Part shown: piece by piece, positions 39,115-48,302 of the stretch
Layout of the letters: each line of letters begins with the position of its first letter
Position numbering within the stretch: position 1 is the first letter of the stretch
From: an uncultured bacterium
Lineage (GTDB): Bacteria; Krumholzibacteriota; Krumholzibacteriia; JACNKJ01
NCBI GenBank assembly: GCA_963695095.1
Contig: CAVOFT010000001.1
Span: forward strand, 1,440,001-1,504,000
DNA: 64,000 nucleotides
Reading direction: 5' to 3'
Translations under genes and position numbers: made by a program
The notes under the pieces: model-generated
Told to the model about the DNA's origin: nothing
The model's database searches: none
The model's input: only the letters and a program-made list of their open reading frames with translations

Positions 39115-40239
39115 ATGCCCCAGCGCGACTACTACGAGGTCCTCGGCCTCGCCCGCGAGGCCGACGAGGCGGCCATCCGCAAGGCCTACCGCAAGCTGGC
39201 CATGCAGTACCATCCGGACCGCAATCCCGACGACAAGAGCGCCGAGGAGAAGTTCAAGGAGGCCGCCGAGGCCTACGAGGTGCTCAAGGACCCCCAGAAG
39301 CGCCAGGCCTACGACCAGTTCGGCCACGCCGGGGTCTCGGGCCAGGGCTTCGGCGGCGCCGGCCCCTTCGCCGGCGGCCAGGGCATCGATCTCGAGGACG
39401 CGCTCCGGTCGTTCATGCGCGACTTCGGCTTCGAGTCCTTCTTCGGCGGCGGCGGCGGTCGCCGGCAGGCCGGGCCCGATCGCGGCGGCCGCGATCTGCG
39501 CGTGCGCGTTCGCCTCTCGCTCGAAGAGGTCGCCGCGGGGGTGGACAAGCAGATCCGCATCAAAAAGAAGCAAACCTGCGCGACCTGCGCCGGCAGCGGC
39601 CAGCGCCCCGGCAGTCGCTCCCAGCGCTGCAGCGAGTGCCAGGGCAGCGGACAGGTGCGCCGCGTGCAGCGGTCGATCCTCGGTCAGTTCGTGAGCGTCA
39701 GCCCCTGCCCGCGCTGCCACGGGGAAGGGATGCTGATCGGCGACCCCTGCGCGGATTGCCAGGGCGAGGGCCGCGTGGCCGGCGGCGAGACCATCGAGGT
39801 GAACATCCCGCCGGGGGTGTCGACCGGGGACTACATCCCGCTGCGCGGCCAGGGCGAGGCCGGCCTGCGCGGCGGACCGGCAGGCGACGTGATCGTGCTC
39901 GTCGAGGTGGACGAGCACCCGCTCTTCCAGCGCGTGCGCCAGGATCTCTTCCTCGAATTGCCGGTCGGCTTCGCCACGCTCGCCCAGGGCGGCAAGGTGG
40001 AAGTGCCCACCCTCGACGGCGCGGCCAAGCTGAGCGTGCCGGCCGGCACGCAGAGCCATCAGCTCTTCCGTCTGCGCGACAAGGGCCTGCCCCAGCTCAA
40101 CTCGCGGCGCCGCGGCGACCTCATCGTGCGCCTCGTCTGCTGGACCCCCGCGCGACTGGGCCGCGACGAGCAGAAGCTCCTCGCCGAACTGGAAAAGCTG
40201 CAGGCCGGCAAGCTGCCGGGCCCGCGGCGACCGGCCTGA
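39115..40239 (+). CDS. dnaJ: Chaperone DnaJ
   Basis: RDYYEVLG, HPDRN, four CxxCxGxG repeats. Confidence 0.97.
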   Translation: MPQRDYYEVLGLAREADEAAIRKAYRKLAMQYHPDRNPDDKSAEEKFKEAAEAYEVLKDPQKRQAYDQFGHAGVSGQGFGGAGPFAGGQGIDLEDALRSFMRDFGFESFFGGGGGRRQAGPDRGGRDLRVRVRLSLEEVAAGVDKQIRIKKKQTCATCAGSGQRPGSRSQRCSECQGSGQVRRVQRSILGQFVSVSPCPRCHGEGMLIGDPCADCQGEGRVAGGETIEVNIPPGVSTGDYIPLRGQGEAGLRGGPAGDVIVLVEVDEHPLFQRVRQDLFLELPVGFATLAQGGKVEVPTLDGAAKLSVPAGTQSHQLFRLRDKGLPQLNSRRRGDLIVRLVCWTPARLGRDEQKLLAELEKLQAGKLPGPRRPA

Positions 40240-40313
40240 GGTCCGCGTCTCCGGCCTCCGCGGAGCGCCAGACACCCCAACGCCCGCAGGGCGCCAGGCA
40301 CAGGTGAGCGCGC

Positions 40314-41057
40314 ATGAAGGAAGCCCCCGTCCTGCTCTGGCCCGGCCTCGATGCGCAGCAGGGCAGCCTGCGCCTGGAGGGCCAGGCTCTGCACCATCTC
40401 TGCCGGGTGCTGCGCCTGCGCGCGGGCGATGCGCTCGAACTGCGCGACGGCCGCGGGCTCTGCGCGCGGGGCGAGCTCAGGGCGGTCGCCAGGACCAGCG
40501 CGCAGGTCGCACTCAGCGACTTCGTGCGGCGAGAGCCGCCCGCGCAGCCCTGCGTGCACCTCGCCCTGCCCCTGCTCAAGGGCCGGCGTCTGGACTGGGC
40601 GCTCGAGAAGGGCACGGAGCTCGGGGTCGCCGCCTTCCACCTCTACCAGGGCCGCCACGGCGTCGTGCAGCGCGAGACGCGGCCGGAGCGCTATGACGAG
40701 ATTCTCGCCTCCGCCTTCGCTCAGAGCCGCAGGCTCATCCTGCCCAGCCTCGACGGCCCGGTGGACTTCGCCGCCCTGCTGGCGCGGGGGCAAGCCGAGG
40801 GCTGGCGGCAGTGCTGGGCGGATGAGCGCCGCGCGGGCAGCGGCCAGGCGGCCTTTGCGCCGGAGCCGGGGCGGCCTCTCCTCGCCTGGGTCGGACCGGA
40901 GGGCGGTTACGCCGCCGAGGAGCGGGAGGCGCTGGCGCTCGCCGCGGCGTTCGTGATCGATCTGGGCCCGCAGCGCCTGCGCGCGGAAACCGCGGCCCTG
41001 GCCGTGGCCTGCCGCCTCTTGCTGCCCGTGGCGGACGAGTCCCTGGGGTCGCGTTGA
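40314..41057 (+). CDS. rsmE: 16S rRNA m3U1498 methyltransferase
   Basis: HHL.RVLRL, EKGTELGV, QSRR, VGPEGG, LGPQRLRAETA. Confidence 0.9.
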   Translation: MKEAPVLLWPGLDAQQGSLRLEGQALHHLCRVLRLRAGDALELRDGRGLCARGELRAVARTSAQVALSDFVRREPPAQPCVHLALPLLKGRRLDWALEKGTELGVAAFHLYQGRHGVVQRETRPERYDEILASAFAQSRRLILPSLDGPVDFAALLARGQAEGWRQCWADERRAGSGQAAFAPEPGRPLLAWVGPEGGYAAEEREALALAAAFVIDLGPQRLRAETAALAVACRLLLPVADESLGSR

Positions 41058-41082
41058 CAGCGCGGAAATGCGCGTCTATAAT
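41054..41082 (+). promoter_or_regulatory. Perfect-consensus sigma70 promoter
   Basis: TTGACA-N17-TATAAT. Confidence 0.85.
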
Positions 41083-41141
41083 GGCTAAGTTTTTTACTTT
41101 CTATGCTTTTCTGCCAAGGGACCCTGCGGGTCGGGAGGGGC

Positions 41142-41588
41142 ATGAGTCTGCAAGCACGCCTCGATGAGGATCTGAAGACGGCGCTCAAGGCCGGCGAGAA
41201 GGCGCGCGTGAGCGTCATCCGCATGCTGCGGGGCGAACTGGCCAATGCGCGTATCGAGCAGAGGCAGGAGCTCGGCGAGCAGGAGGCGCTGGAGGTGCTG
41301 GCTCGCTATGCGCGCAAGCGGCGCGACGCGGCCGCCGAGTATGCCAAGGGCGGCCGCCAGGATCTCGTGGACAAGGAGCTGGCGGAGGCCGAGATCACGC
41401 AGGCCTATCTGCCCAGTGCGCTGACGGACGAGGCCCTGGCTGCGCTCGTCGAGGCCGTGGTGGGCGAGCTGGGGGCGACGAGCTTGAAGGACATGGGGCG
41501 CGTGATGAAGGAGGTCCTCCAGCGAGCGGCCGGGCGTGCCGACGGGGCGGCGGTCAGCGCCCTCGTCAAGTCCCGGCTCGCGAGCTGA
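41142..41588 (+). CDS. GatB/YqeY domain protein
   Basis: DLK.ALK, KRRDA...Y..GGR.DL..KE..E...YLP, DMGRVMK, GRADG..VS. Confidence 0.92.
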   Translation: MSLQARLDEDLKTALKAGEKARVSVIRMLRGELANARIEQRQELGEQEALEVLARYARKRRDAAAEYAKGGRQDLVDKELAEAEITQAYLPSALTDEALAALVEAVVGELGATSLKDMGRVMKEVLQRAAGRADGAAVSALVKSRLAS

Positions 41589-41594
41589 CCCGGC

Positions 41595-42122
41595 ATGAGC
41601 GCGATCCTGGGTACGCATCTCCTCGTCGGCGCGCTGGCGGCGGTTCTGGTCCTCGGCCTCTATCACGGCCTCCGCGGCGGGCTGATCCGCACGGCCTTCA
41701 AGCTGCTCGGCTTCCTCGCGGGCCTCTTGCTCGCGCGGCCCCTGGCCACGGCCATCCTGCCCCACCAGCCGGCTGGCTTCGACTTCCCGGGCAGCGGCAT
41801 CATTCTCCTCCTGCTCTGCTTCGCCGGCATCGCCGCCGCCTTCGCCCTGGTCGGCTGGCTGCTCGCCAAGAGCCTGAGCTGGACGCCGCTGGCCTGGCTC
41901 GACCGCGTGGGCGGCGGCCTGCTCGGCGTGTCGATCGGCGTCATCCTGGCGGGTCTGTTGCTCGGCATACTCGATCGCCTCGGCGCGGCAGGACCGCTGA
42001 TCGGCGCGGCTCGCGGCTGGGAGGCCGACTTCCTGCGCGGCCTCGCGGCCGTGTCGGCCGACCTCTTCGCGGCCGTCGAGCGGCTGGGCGGCGGCGGCCC
42101 GATCCCGCCGGGCGCGGTCTGA
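41595..42122 (+). CDS. CvpA family membrane protein
   Basis: G..GLRGGLI, four hydrophobic segments, WLDRVGGGLLG. Confidence 0.85.
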   Translation: MSAILGTHLLVGALAAVLVLGLYHGLRGGLIRTAFKLLGFLAGLLLARPLATAILPHQPAGFDFPGSGIILLLLCFAGIAAAFALVGWLLAKSLSWTPLAWLDRVGGGLLGVSIGVILAGLLLGILDRLGAAGPLIGAARGWEADFLRGLAAVSADLFAAVERLGGGGPIPPGAV

Positions 42123-44549
42123 TGCCCTGGCTCGTGCAGTCGCCGGGGCTGGTCTGCGGCGATGCCGCGCGGCGCCTGGAGTTCCCCGAACTGCTGGCGG
42201 AGCTCGCCGCGCGCGTGCGCTTCGCGCGCAGCGCGGCGGCCTTGACGGCCCTGACGCCGCTGGCGGAGCTGGGGGCCATCGAGGCCCGGCGCGCGCGCGT
42301 CGCCGCCTGGCAGCGCCTGCTCGAGGAAGGGCGCGAGCCCGAGCTGGAGGGACTCGTCGATCTCGGCGAGGGCATCGAGCGCTGCAAGACCCCGGGCGCC
42401 CAGCTGCCCGGCGAGGCCTTCTGGCAGCTCGCCCGCTGCCTGGGCGCCATCGCCCGCCTGGGCGACTTCCTCGCCGACGCCCGCCTGCTGGCGCCCGTCC
42501 TCCACGCGGACTGGGGCAATCCACCGGATCTGCGCGGCCTGGCCGGCGAGATCGAGCGCTGCGTCGACGAGGAGGGCCGCCTGCGGGACGGCGCGAGTCC
42601 CACCCTGGCCCGCCTGCGCGCGGCGATCCGCGAGAGCGAGTCGCGCGTGCGCGGGCGCCTGGACGCCCTCATCAAGGAGCGCCTGGCCGAAGGCGAGCGC
42701 GACCTGCGCCCACGCGTGCGCAGCGGTCGCCTCGTGCTGCCCGTGCGCCGCGAGCAGAAGAGCCAGCTGCCGGGCATCGTCCACGACGCCTCGGCCAGCG
42801 GCAAGACCCTCTTCGTCGAGCCGCTGGAGACCGTCGAGCTGAACAACGCGATCACGGCGCTGCTGGCCGAGGAGGCGCGCGAGTGCGCGCGCGTGCTCAG
42901 GGCGCTCACCGCCCGGGTCGGCGCCTGGGTGGATCCCATCCGCGCCTGCCTGGATGCCTTTCACCGGCTCGAACTGCCCCTGGCCGCCGCGCGCCTGGCC
43001 CGCGAGCGGGACTGGCAGTGGGCGGACTGGTCGCCGCCGGCCGAAGATCGCCTCGACCTGCGCGGGGCGCGGCATCCGCTGCTCGCGCGCTACTTGCCCG
43101 CCGGCGCGGCGCCCGTGCCGCTGGCGCTCGCGCTTGGCGCGGAGCAGCGCCTGCTGCTCGTCACCGGCCCCAACACGGGGGGCAAGACCGTCCTGCTCAA
43201 GACCCTCGGCCTGCTCGTGCTGATGAACCAGTGCGGGCTGCCCCTGCCCGTGGCCGAGGGCAGCCGCCTGCCGCTCTTCACGAGCCTCTTCGCGGATATC
43301 GGCGACGAGCAGTCCCTGCGCGATTCCCACTCCACCTTCAGCGCGCACCTCGCGCGGCTGGGGGAGATGGCGGCGGGCGCGGGACCGGGTGCGCTCATCC
43401 TCGTCGATGAGATCGGCGACGGCACCGATCCCGAGGAGGGGGCTGCGCTCGCGCAGGCCCTGATGGCCCACTGGATCGCCCGCGGGGCGCGGGCGGCCGT
43501 CACCACCCATTTCGGCGTGCTCAAGGGCTTCGCCCAGGGCGCGCCGGGGGCCGTCAATGCGGCGATGGACTTCGATCCCATCCAGCGGCGGCCCCTGTAC
43601 ACCCTCAGCCTCGGCGTGCCGGGGGCCAGCCGCGCGCTCGCCACCGCTCGCCGTCTGGGCATGGATGCCGACGTGCTCGCCGAGGCCGAGCGCCTGCTCG
43701 GCGCCGAGGCCATGCGACTCGAAAGCCTGCTCGAGCGTCTCGAGCGCGAGACGCAGGCGGCCGCCGCGGCCCGCGAGGCGGCCGAACAGCTGCGCGCCGA
43801 GCAGGAGGGCCTCGCCGCCGACTATCGCGATCGCCTCGCGCGGGTGCGCGCCCAGGAGCGCGCCATCCTCGCCGAAGCCCGCGAGCAGGCCGAGGGCTTC
43901 CTCGCGCAAGCTCGGCGTGACTTCGAGCAGGCCGTCCGCTCGCTGCGCGAGCGCGAGGCGGACCGGGAGAGCATCCGCGCCGGCCATGCCCTGCTCGAGA
44001 CCCTGGCGGCCCAGGCGCCCGCGCCGCCGCCGGCGGCTGAGCCGGGGCCTGTGCTCACCAGCTGGCGTGCCGGCGATCGCGTGCGCCTGCGCGCCACCGG
44101 TCAGACGGCGGAGATCCTCGAAGCGGCCGGCGGCGGCCGCCTGCGCGTCTCCCTGCGCGGGCTGCCCATGGTGCTGCCGCTCAGCGAGCTCAGCCCCCTG
44201 CCCGGCGGGAGCGAGGCGGAGGCGGCACGCCCGGCGGAGCGCTTCGCCGGCGTCAGCTACGAGGCCTCGGGTCCGGATTCCTACCGGCTCGACCTGCGCG
44301 GCATGCGCGCGGAGGAGGCGGCCGCGGCGATGGACGCCTTCCTCGACGCGGCCACGCTCGCGGGCTTCCACCTCGTGGAGATCCTCCACGGCAAGGGCGA
44401 GGGCATCCTGCGCGAGGAAGTGCGCCGGGCCCTGGCCCGGGATCCGCGCGTGGGGCGTTTCACGCTCGCCGATCAGAATCGCGGCGGCAGCGGCGTCACC
44501 GTGGCGCGCCTGGCGGGGGACCCGGAGCCCGCGGGGAGGCCGGCCGTGA
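42122..44549 (+). CDS. mutS2: Endonuclease MutS2 (reads in-frame into dnaG in this sequence)
   Basis: LEFPELL, GIVHDASASGKTLFVEP, TGPNTGGKT, DIGDEQS..STFSAH, DEIGDGTDP.EG, Smr LDLRG..ILHGKG.G.LR...GGSGVT; likely native stop TGA 44547-44549. Confidence 0.88.
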
Positions 44550-46387
44550 CTAGGCCCGATCCCGGCGCTGCCCAGAGCGATTTCAAGGAGAAGGTGCGCG
44601 CGGCCACCGACATCGTCGAGCTGATCGGCCAGTACCTGAAGCTGCGCCGGGCCGGGAGCAACTGGGTGGGCCTGTGCCCCTTCCATCACGAGAACAGCCC
44701 GAGCTTCAACGTGAACCAGGAGCGGCAGAACTTCTACTGCTTCGGCTGCGCGAAGGGCGGCGACGTCTTCAGCTTCGTCATGGAGCAGGAGGGCCTTGCC
44801 TTCCGCGAGGCGCTCGAGCACCTGGCGCGGCGGGCGGGGATCCCCATCGAGGCGGCCGGGGGCGGCAGCGGCGAGAGCAGCCGGGCCGAACTCTATCAGC
44901 GCATCAATGCCGCCAGCGCCGACTTCTATGGCCGCCAGCTGCGCGAATCGCCGGCCGCCGAGCGCGCGCGGGACTACCTGCGCCGGCGCGACGTGGGCGA
45001 GGAGGCCTGGCGCGACTGGGGCCTGGGCTACGCCGGGCAGTCCTGGCGCGACCTCCACCAGCAGCTCGCCCGGCAGGGCTTCCCGCCCGAGCGCTGCGAG
45101 GAACTGGGGCTCATCCGCCGCAAGGCCTCGAGTCCGGGCCACTACGACGCCTTTCGCAATCGTGTCATGTTTCCTGTCCGCTCGGTGGCCGGGCGGGTGC
45201 TGGGCTTCGGCGCCCGCGTGCTCGACGACAGCCTGCCCAAGTACATCAACTCGGCCGACAGCCCGGTCTACACGAAGAAGGCCATCCTCTACGGCCTGGA
45301 CCGCGCCTGGCGGGAAATCCGCCGCGCCAAGCTCGGCATTCTCGTGGAGGGCTACTTCGACGTGATCAGCCTGCATCTGGCGGGCGTCCCCCTGGCCGTC
45401 GCCGCCTGCGGCACCGCCTTCAGCAGCGATCAGGCCAAGCTCCTGGGCCGCTACACCGAGCGGGTCTGCGTCGTCACCGACGGCGACGCCGCCGGGCAGA
45501 AGGCGGCGGTGCGGGCGGCGGGCGTGCTGATCACCGTCGGCCTCAGGCCCAGCGTGCTCGCGCTGCCGGCCGGCGAGGATCCGGACAGCCTGATCCGCGC
45601 CGAGGGCGGCGAGGCCTTCCGCGAGCGGCTGCGCGGGGCGCCGGATTACTTCGACTACATGCGCGGCCTGGTCAGGGCCCGCGGCGACAAGCCGGCCGAG
45701 CGGGAGCGCGCCGTGCGCCGGATACTGGAGGACTTGACCGCTTTCTCCGAAGGCGACCTGCGCCTGGAGAGCCTGCTCGAGGAGCTCACGGCGGCCTTCG
45801 GGGTCGAGCGCACGGTGCTCGTGCACACCCTGCGCGAGACGCGGCGCCGCGCCGGCGACGGCAGGCGCGGGGCGCGGCGGCCGCCCGCGGCCGCCGGCGA
45901 GGCCGAAGCCGCCGTCGAGGCGGGCAGCCCCGAGCAGGAGCGCCTGGAGAAGCTGATGCTGGCCGTGCTGCTCGCTGCGGGTCCGGAGCGGGAGACGGTC
46001 TTCAGCCTGCTGCGGCCCGAGCACTTCGCCGACCCCTTGCGCGCCCGGCTCTACTCCGTGCTGGCGGCCCTGGGCCGGGCGCCGGACAGCCGGGAGCTGG
46101 GCGAGCTGTTTCCCGACCCGGCCGCGGCGCGGGCCGTCACCGAGCTGACCTTCCTGCGCCTGCCGGCAGGAAGCGCGCAAGATTGGGTGCGCACGAGCGC
46201 CCTGCGACTTAAATTGAAGCGGATGCTCGACCTCAACCGCGACTTCCAGGGCCGGGTACAGGCCCTGGAACTGGCGGGCGAGGAGGTCTCGGCGGATCTT
46301 CTCGCCGAGTGGCGACACGTGGGCGAAGCCATTCGCGGCCTGCGGGCCGAGATCGATCGCATTCTCGAAGCACAGAAGGGGTCCTGA
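44546..46387 (+). CDS. dnaG: DNA primase
   Basis: GGGGAGG RBS + GTG 44546; Zn finger CPFH.E.SPSF...YCFGC, FRNRVMFP, KYINS, Toprim VEGYFDV, DGD.AG, DPD. Confidence 0.92.
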   Translation: MTRPDPGAAQSDFKEKVRAATDIVELIGQYLKLRRAGSNWVGLCPFHHENSPSFNVNQERQNFYCFGCAKGGDVFSFVMEQEGLAFREALEHLARRAGIPIEAAGGGSGESSRAELYQRINAASADFYGRQLRESPAAERARDYLRRRDVGEEAWRDWGLGYAGQSWRDLHQQLARQGFPPERCEELGLIRRKASSPGHYDAFRNRVMFPVRSVAGRVLGFGARVLDDSLPKYINSADSPVYTKKAILYGLDRAWREIRRAKLGILVEGYFDVISLHLAGVPLAVAACGTAFSSDQAKLLGRYTERVCVVTDGDAAGQKAAVRAAGVLITVGLRPSVLALPAGEDPDSLIRAEGGEAFRERLRGAPDYFDYMRGLVRARGDKPAERERAVRRILEDLTAFSEGDLRLESLLEELTAAFGVERTVLVHTLRETRRRAGDGRRGARRPPAAAGEAEAAVEAGSPEQERLEKLMLAVLLAAGPERETVFSLLRPEHFADPLRARLYSVLAALGRAPDSRELGELFPDPAAARAVTELTFLRLPAGSAQDWVRTSALRLKLKRMLDLNRDFQGRVQALELAGEEVSADLLAEWRHVGEAIRGLRAEIDRILEAQKGS

Positions 46388-46389
46388 GC

Positions 46390-48150
46390 GTGAGCAAGTC
46401 CAAGACCAGCCGCATCATCGTCGCCCTCAAGAAGCTCGTCAGCAAGAAGAACTACATCCTCCACGACGACATCTACGAGCAGTTCTCGGAGGACTTCGAT
46501 ATCGATGCCGTGGACGTGGTCTACTCCCGCATCGCCGAGCTCGGCATCGAGGTCTTCGACAGCGAGGAGGAGGCCAAGACCAAGCTGCGCGCCCAGGAGG
46601 CGCGGGCCAAGAAGCTCAACGAGAAGATGAGCCAGGCCGCCGCCCAGAGCATGCGCTACGACGACCCCGTGCGCATGTACCTGCGCGAGATGGGCAAGGT
46701 GCCGCTCCTGGACCGCGAGGGCGAGATCGCCATCGCCAAGCGCATCGAGGCCGGCAAGCACCAGGTGCTCGAAGCGCTCTTCCGTTCGCCCTTCTCCGAG
46801 GCCCATGTCGATCAGTGGGTGGAGGCCCTCGCGAACGGCACGCTCAGCGTCGAGGACCTGATCCAGGTGGACACGGGCGGCTACCAGGAGCACCACACGC
46901 CCCAGAAGCGGGACAAGGCCACGGCCGTGCGCACGCTGCGCCGCCTGCGCAAGCTGGGCGAGGAGATCCTGGCCTGCGAGGAGAAGCTGGCCAGGGCCGA
47001 CACCGAGCGCAAGAAGCAGGCCGCCGAGAAGGCCCTGCAGACGCGGCGCGAATCCTGGCTGGAGTTGCTGCACGGGCTCAGCCTGCAGCCCAAGCGCGTG
47101 GACGAGCTGGTCCTCGCCCTGCGCGAGGTGCACGACGAGTTCCAGGCGGCGGCCAAGCAGGTGCACCACTACGAGAAGTTCCTCGGCATGGACTACGATG
47201 GCTTGCGCGAGACCATCGCCCGCATGAAGGACCGCGGCTGGAAGAACATCCAGCTGCGCGGCAAGGGGCGCTGGACGCTCACGGCGCTCGAGGACCTGCG
47301 CCGCAAGCAGTACGGCCTGCATCCGCAGCCTCAAGACCCTGGAGAAGGAGCGCGGCGTCACCCGCGAGCAACTCGAGGCGCTGCTCACCCGCGTCGAGCA
47401 GGGGGAGCGCCGCGGCGAGCAGGCCAAGAAGGAGATGATCGAGGCCAACGTGCGCCTGGTGATCTCCATCGCCAAGCGCTACACGAACCGCGGCCTCGAG
47501 TTCCTGGACCTGATCCAGGAGGGCAACGGCGGCCTGATGCGCGCCGTCGACAAGTTCGACTACCGCAAGGGCTACAAGTTCTCCACCTACGCGCACCTGG
47601 TGGATCCGGCAGGCGATCACGCGCGCCATCGCCGACCAGGCGCGCACCATCCGCGTGCCCGTGCACATGATCGAGGCCATCAACAAGGTGAGCCGGGCCA
47701 GCCGCAAGCTCATCCAGGAGTACGGCCGCGAGCCGACCCCGGAGGAGGTGGCCAAGTACCTCGCCTTCCCCGTGGAGAAGGTGAAGAGGGTCATGAAGGC
47801 CAGCATGGAGCCGATCAGCCTGGACCGGCCCATCGGCGAGGACGAGGACAGCAACCTCGGCGACTTCATCGAGGACACTGCACGCCGACAGCCCGGCCTC
47901 ACTCGGCCGCGCACTCGATGCTGCAGGATCAGACTCACCAAGGTGCTGTCCACGCTGACCCGGCGCGAGGAGAAGGTGATCCGCCTGCGCTTCGGCCTCG
48001 GCGACGGCACGCCCGCGCACCCTGGAGGAGGTGGGCACCATCTTCCAGGTCACCCGCGAGCGCGTGCGGCAGATCGAGGCCAAGGCGATTCGCAAGCTCC
48101 AGCACCCCAGCCGCGCCCGCAAGCTCAAGGGCTACGTGGAGAACTACTAG
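46390..48150 (+). CDS. rpoD: Primary sigma factor sigma70 (about six apparent single-base insertions)
   Basis: [83 protein letters not shown] across several frames. Confidence 0.93.
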
Positions 48151-48163
48151 GCGTCAGTCCGGG

Positions 48164-48188
48164 GGCGGGCCGGGCAAAGCGGCCCGCC
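48164..48188 (+). terminator. Hairpin after rpoD (possible terminator)
   Basis: GGCGGGCCG...CGGCCCGCC followed by AT-rich sequence. Confidence 0.5.
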
Positions 48189-48192
48189 AATC

Positions 48193-48233
48193 TTGATTAT
48201 TCGGTCGATTACTCGCTAATTATGGCCTATCCT
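48193..48233 (+). promoter_or_regulatory. AT-rich promoter region of the barrel-to-cytochrome operon
   Basis: TCGATT-N17-TATCCT (alternatively TTGATT-N18-TAATTA); contains TTCGGTCGAT, shared with 57322-57331. Confidence 0.45.
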
Positions 48234-48302
48234 TAGTGGGCTCGAACCCGGACTCCGCACCCGGCGCCGCCCTCCGGGCGGCCTCGCGCAGCAACGAAGG
48301 CC

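Noticed and set aside
41663..46318. Very long antisense ORFs (also 22475-25447, 29849-32047, 33598-35634, 48216-50531, 54027-56117)
   Set aside because: Stop-poor shadow frames of real genes in high-GC DNA, with no recognisable motifs.
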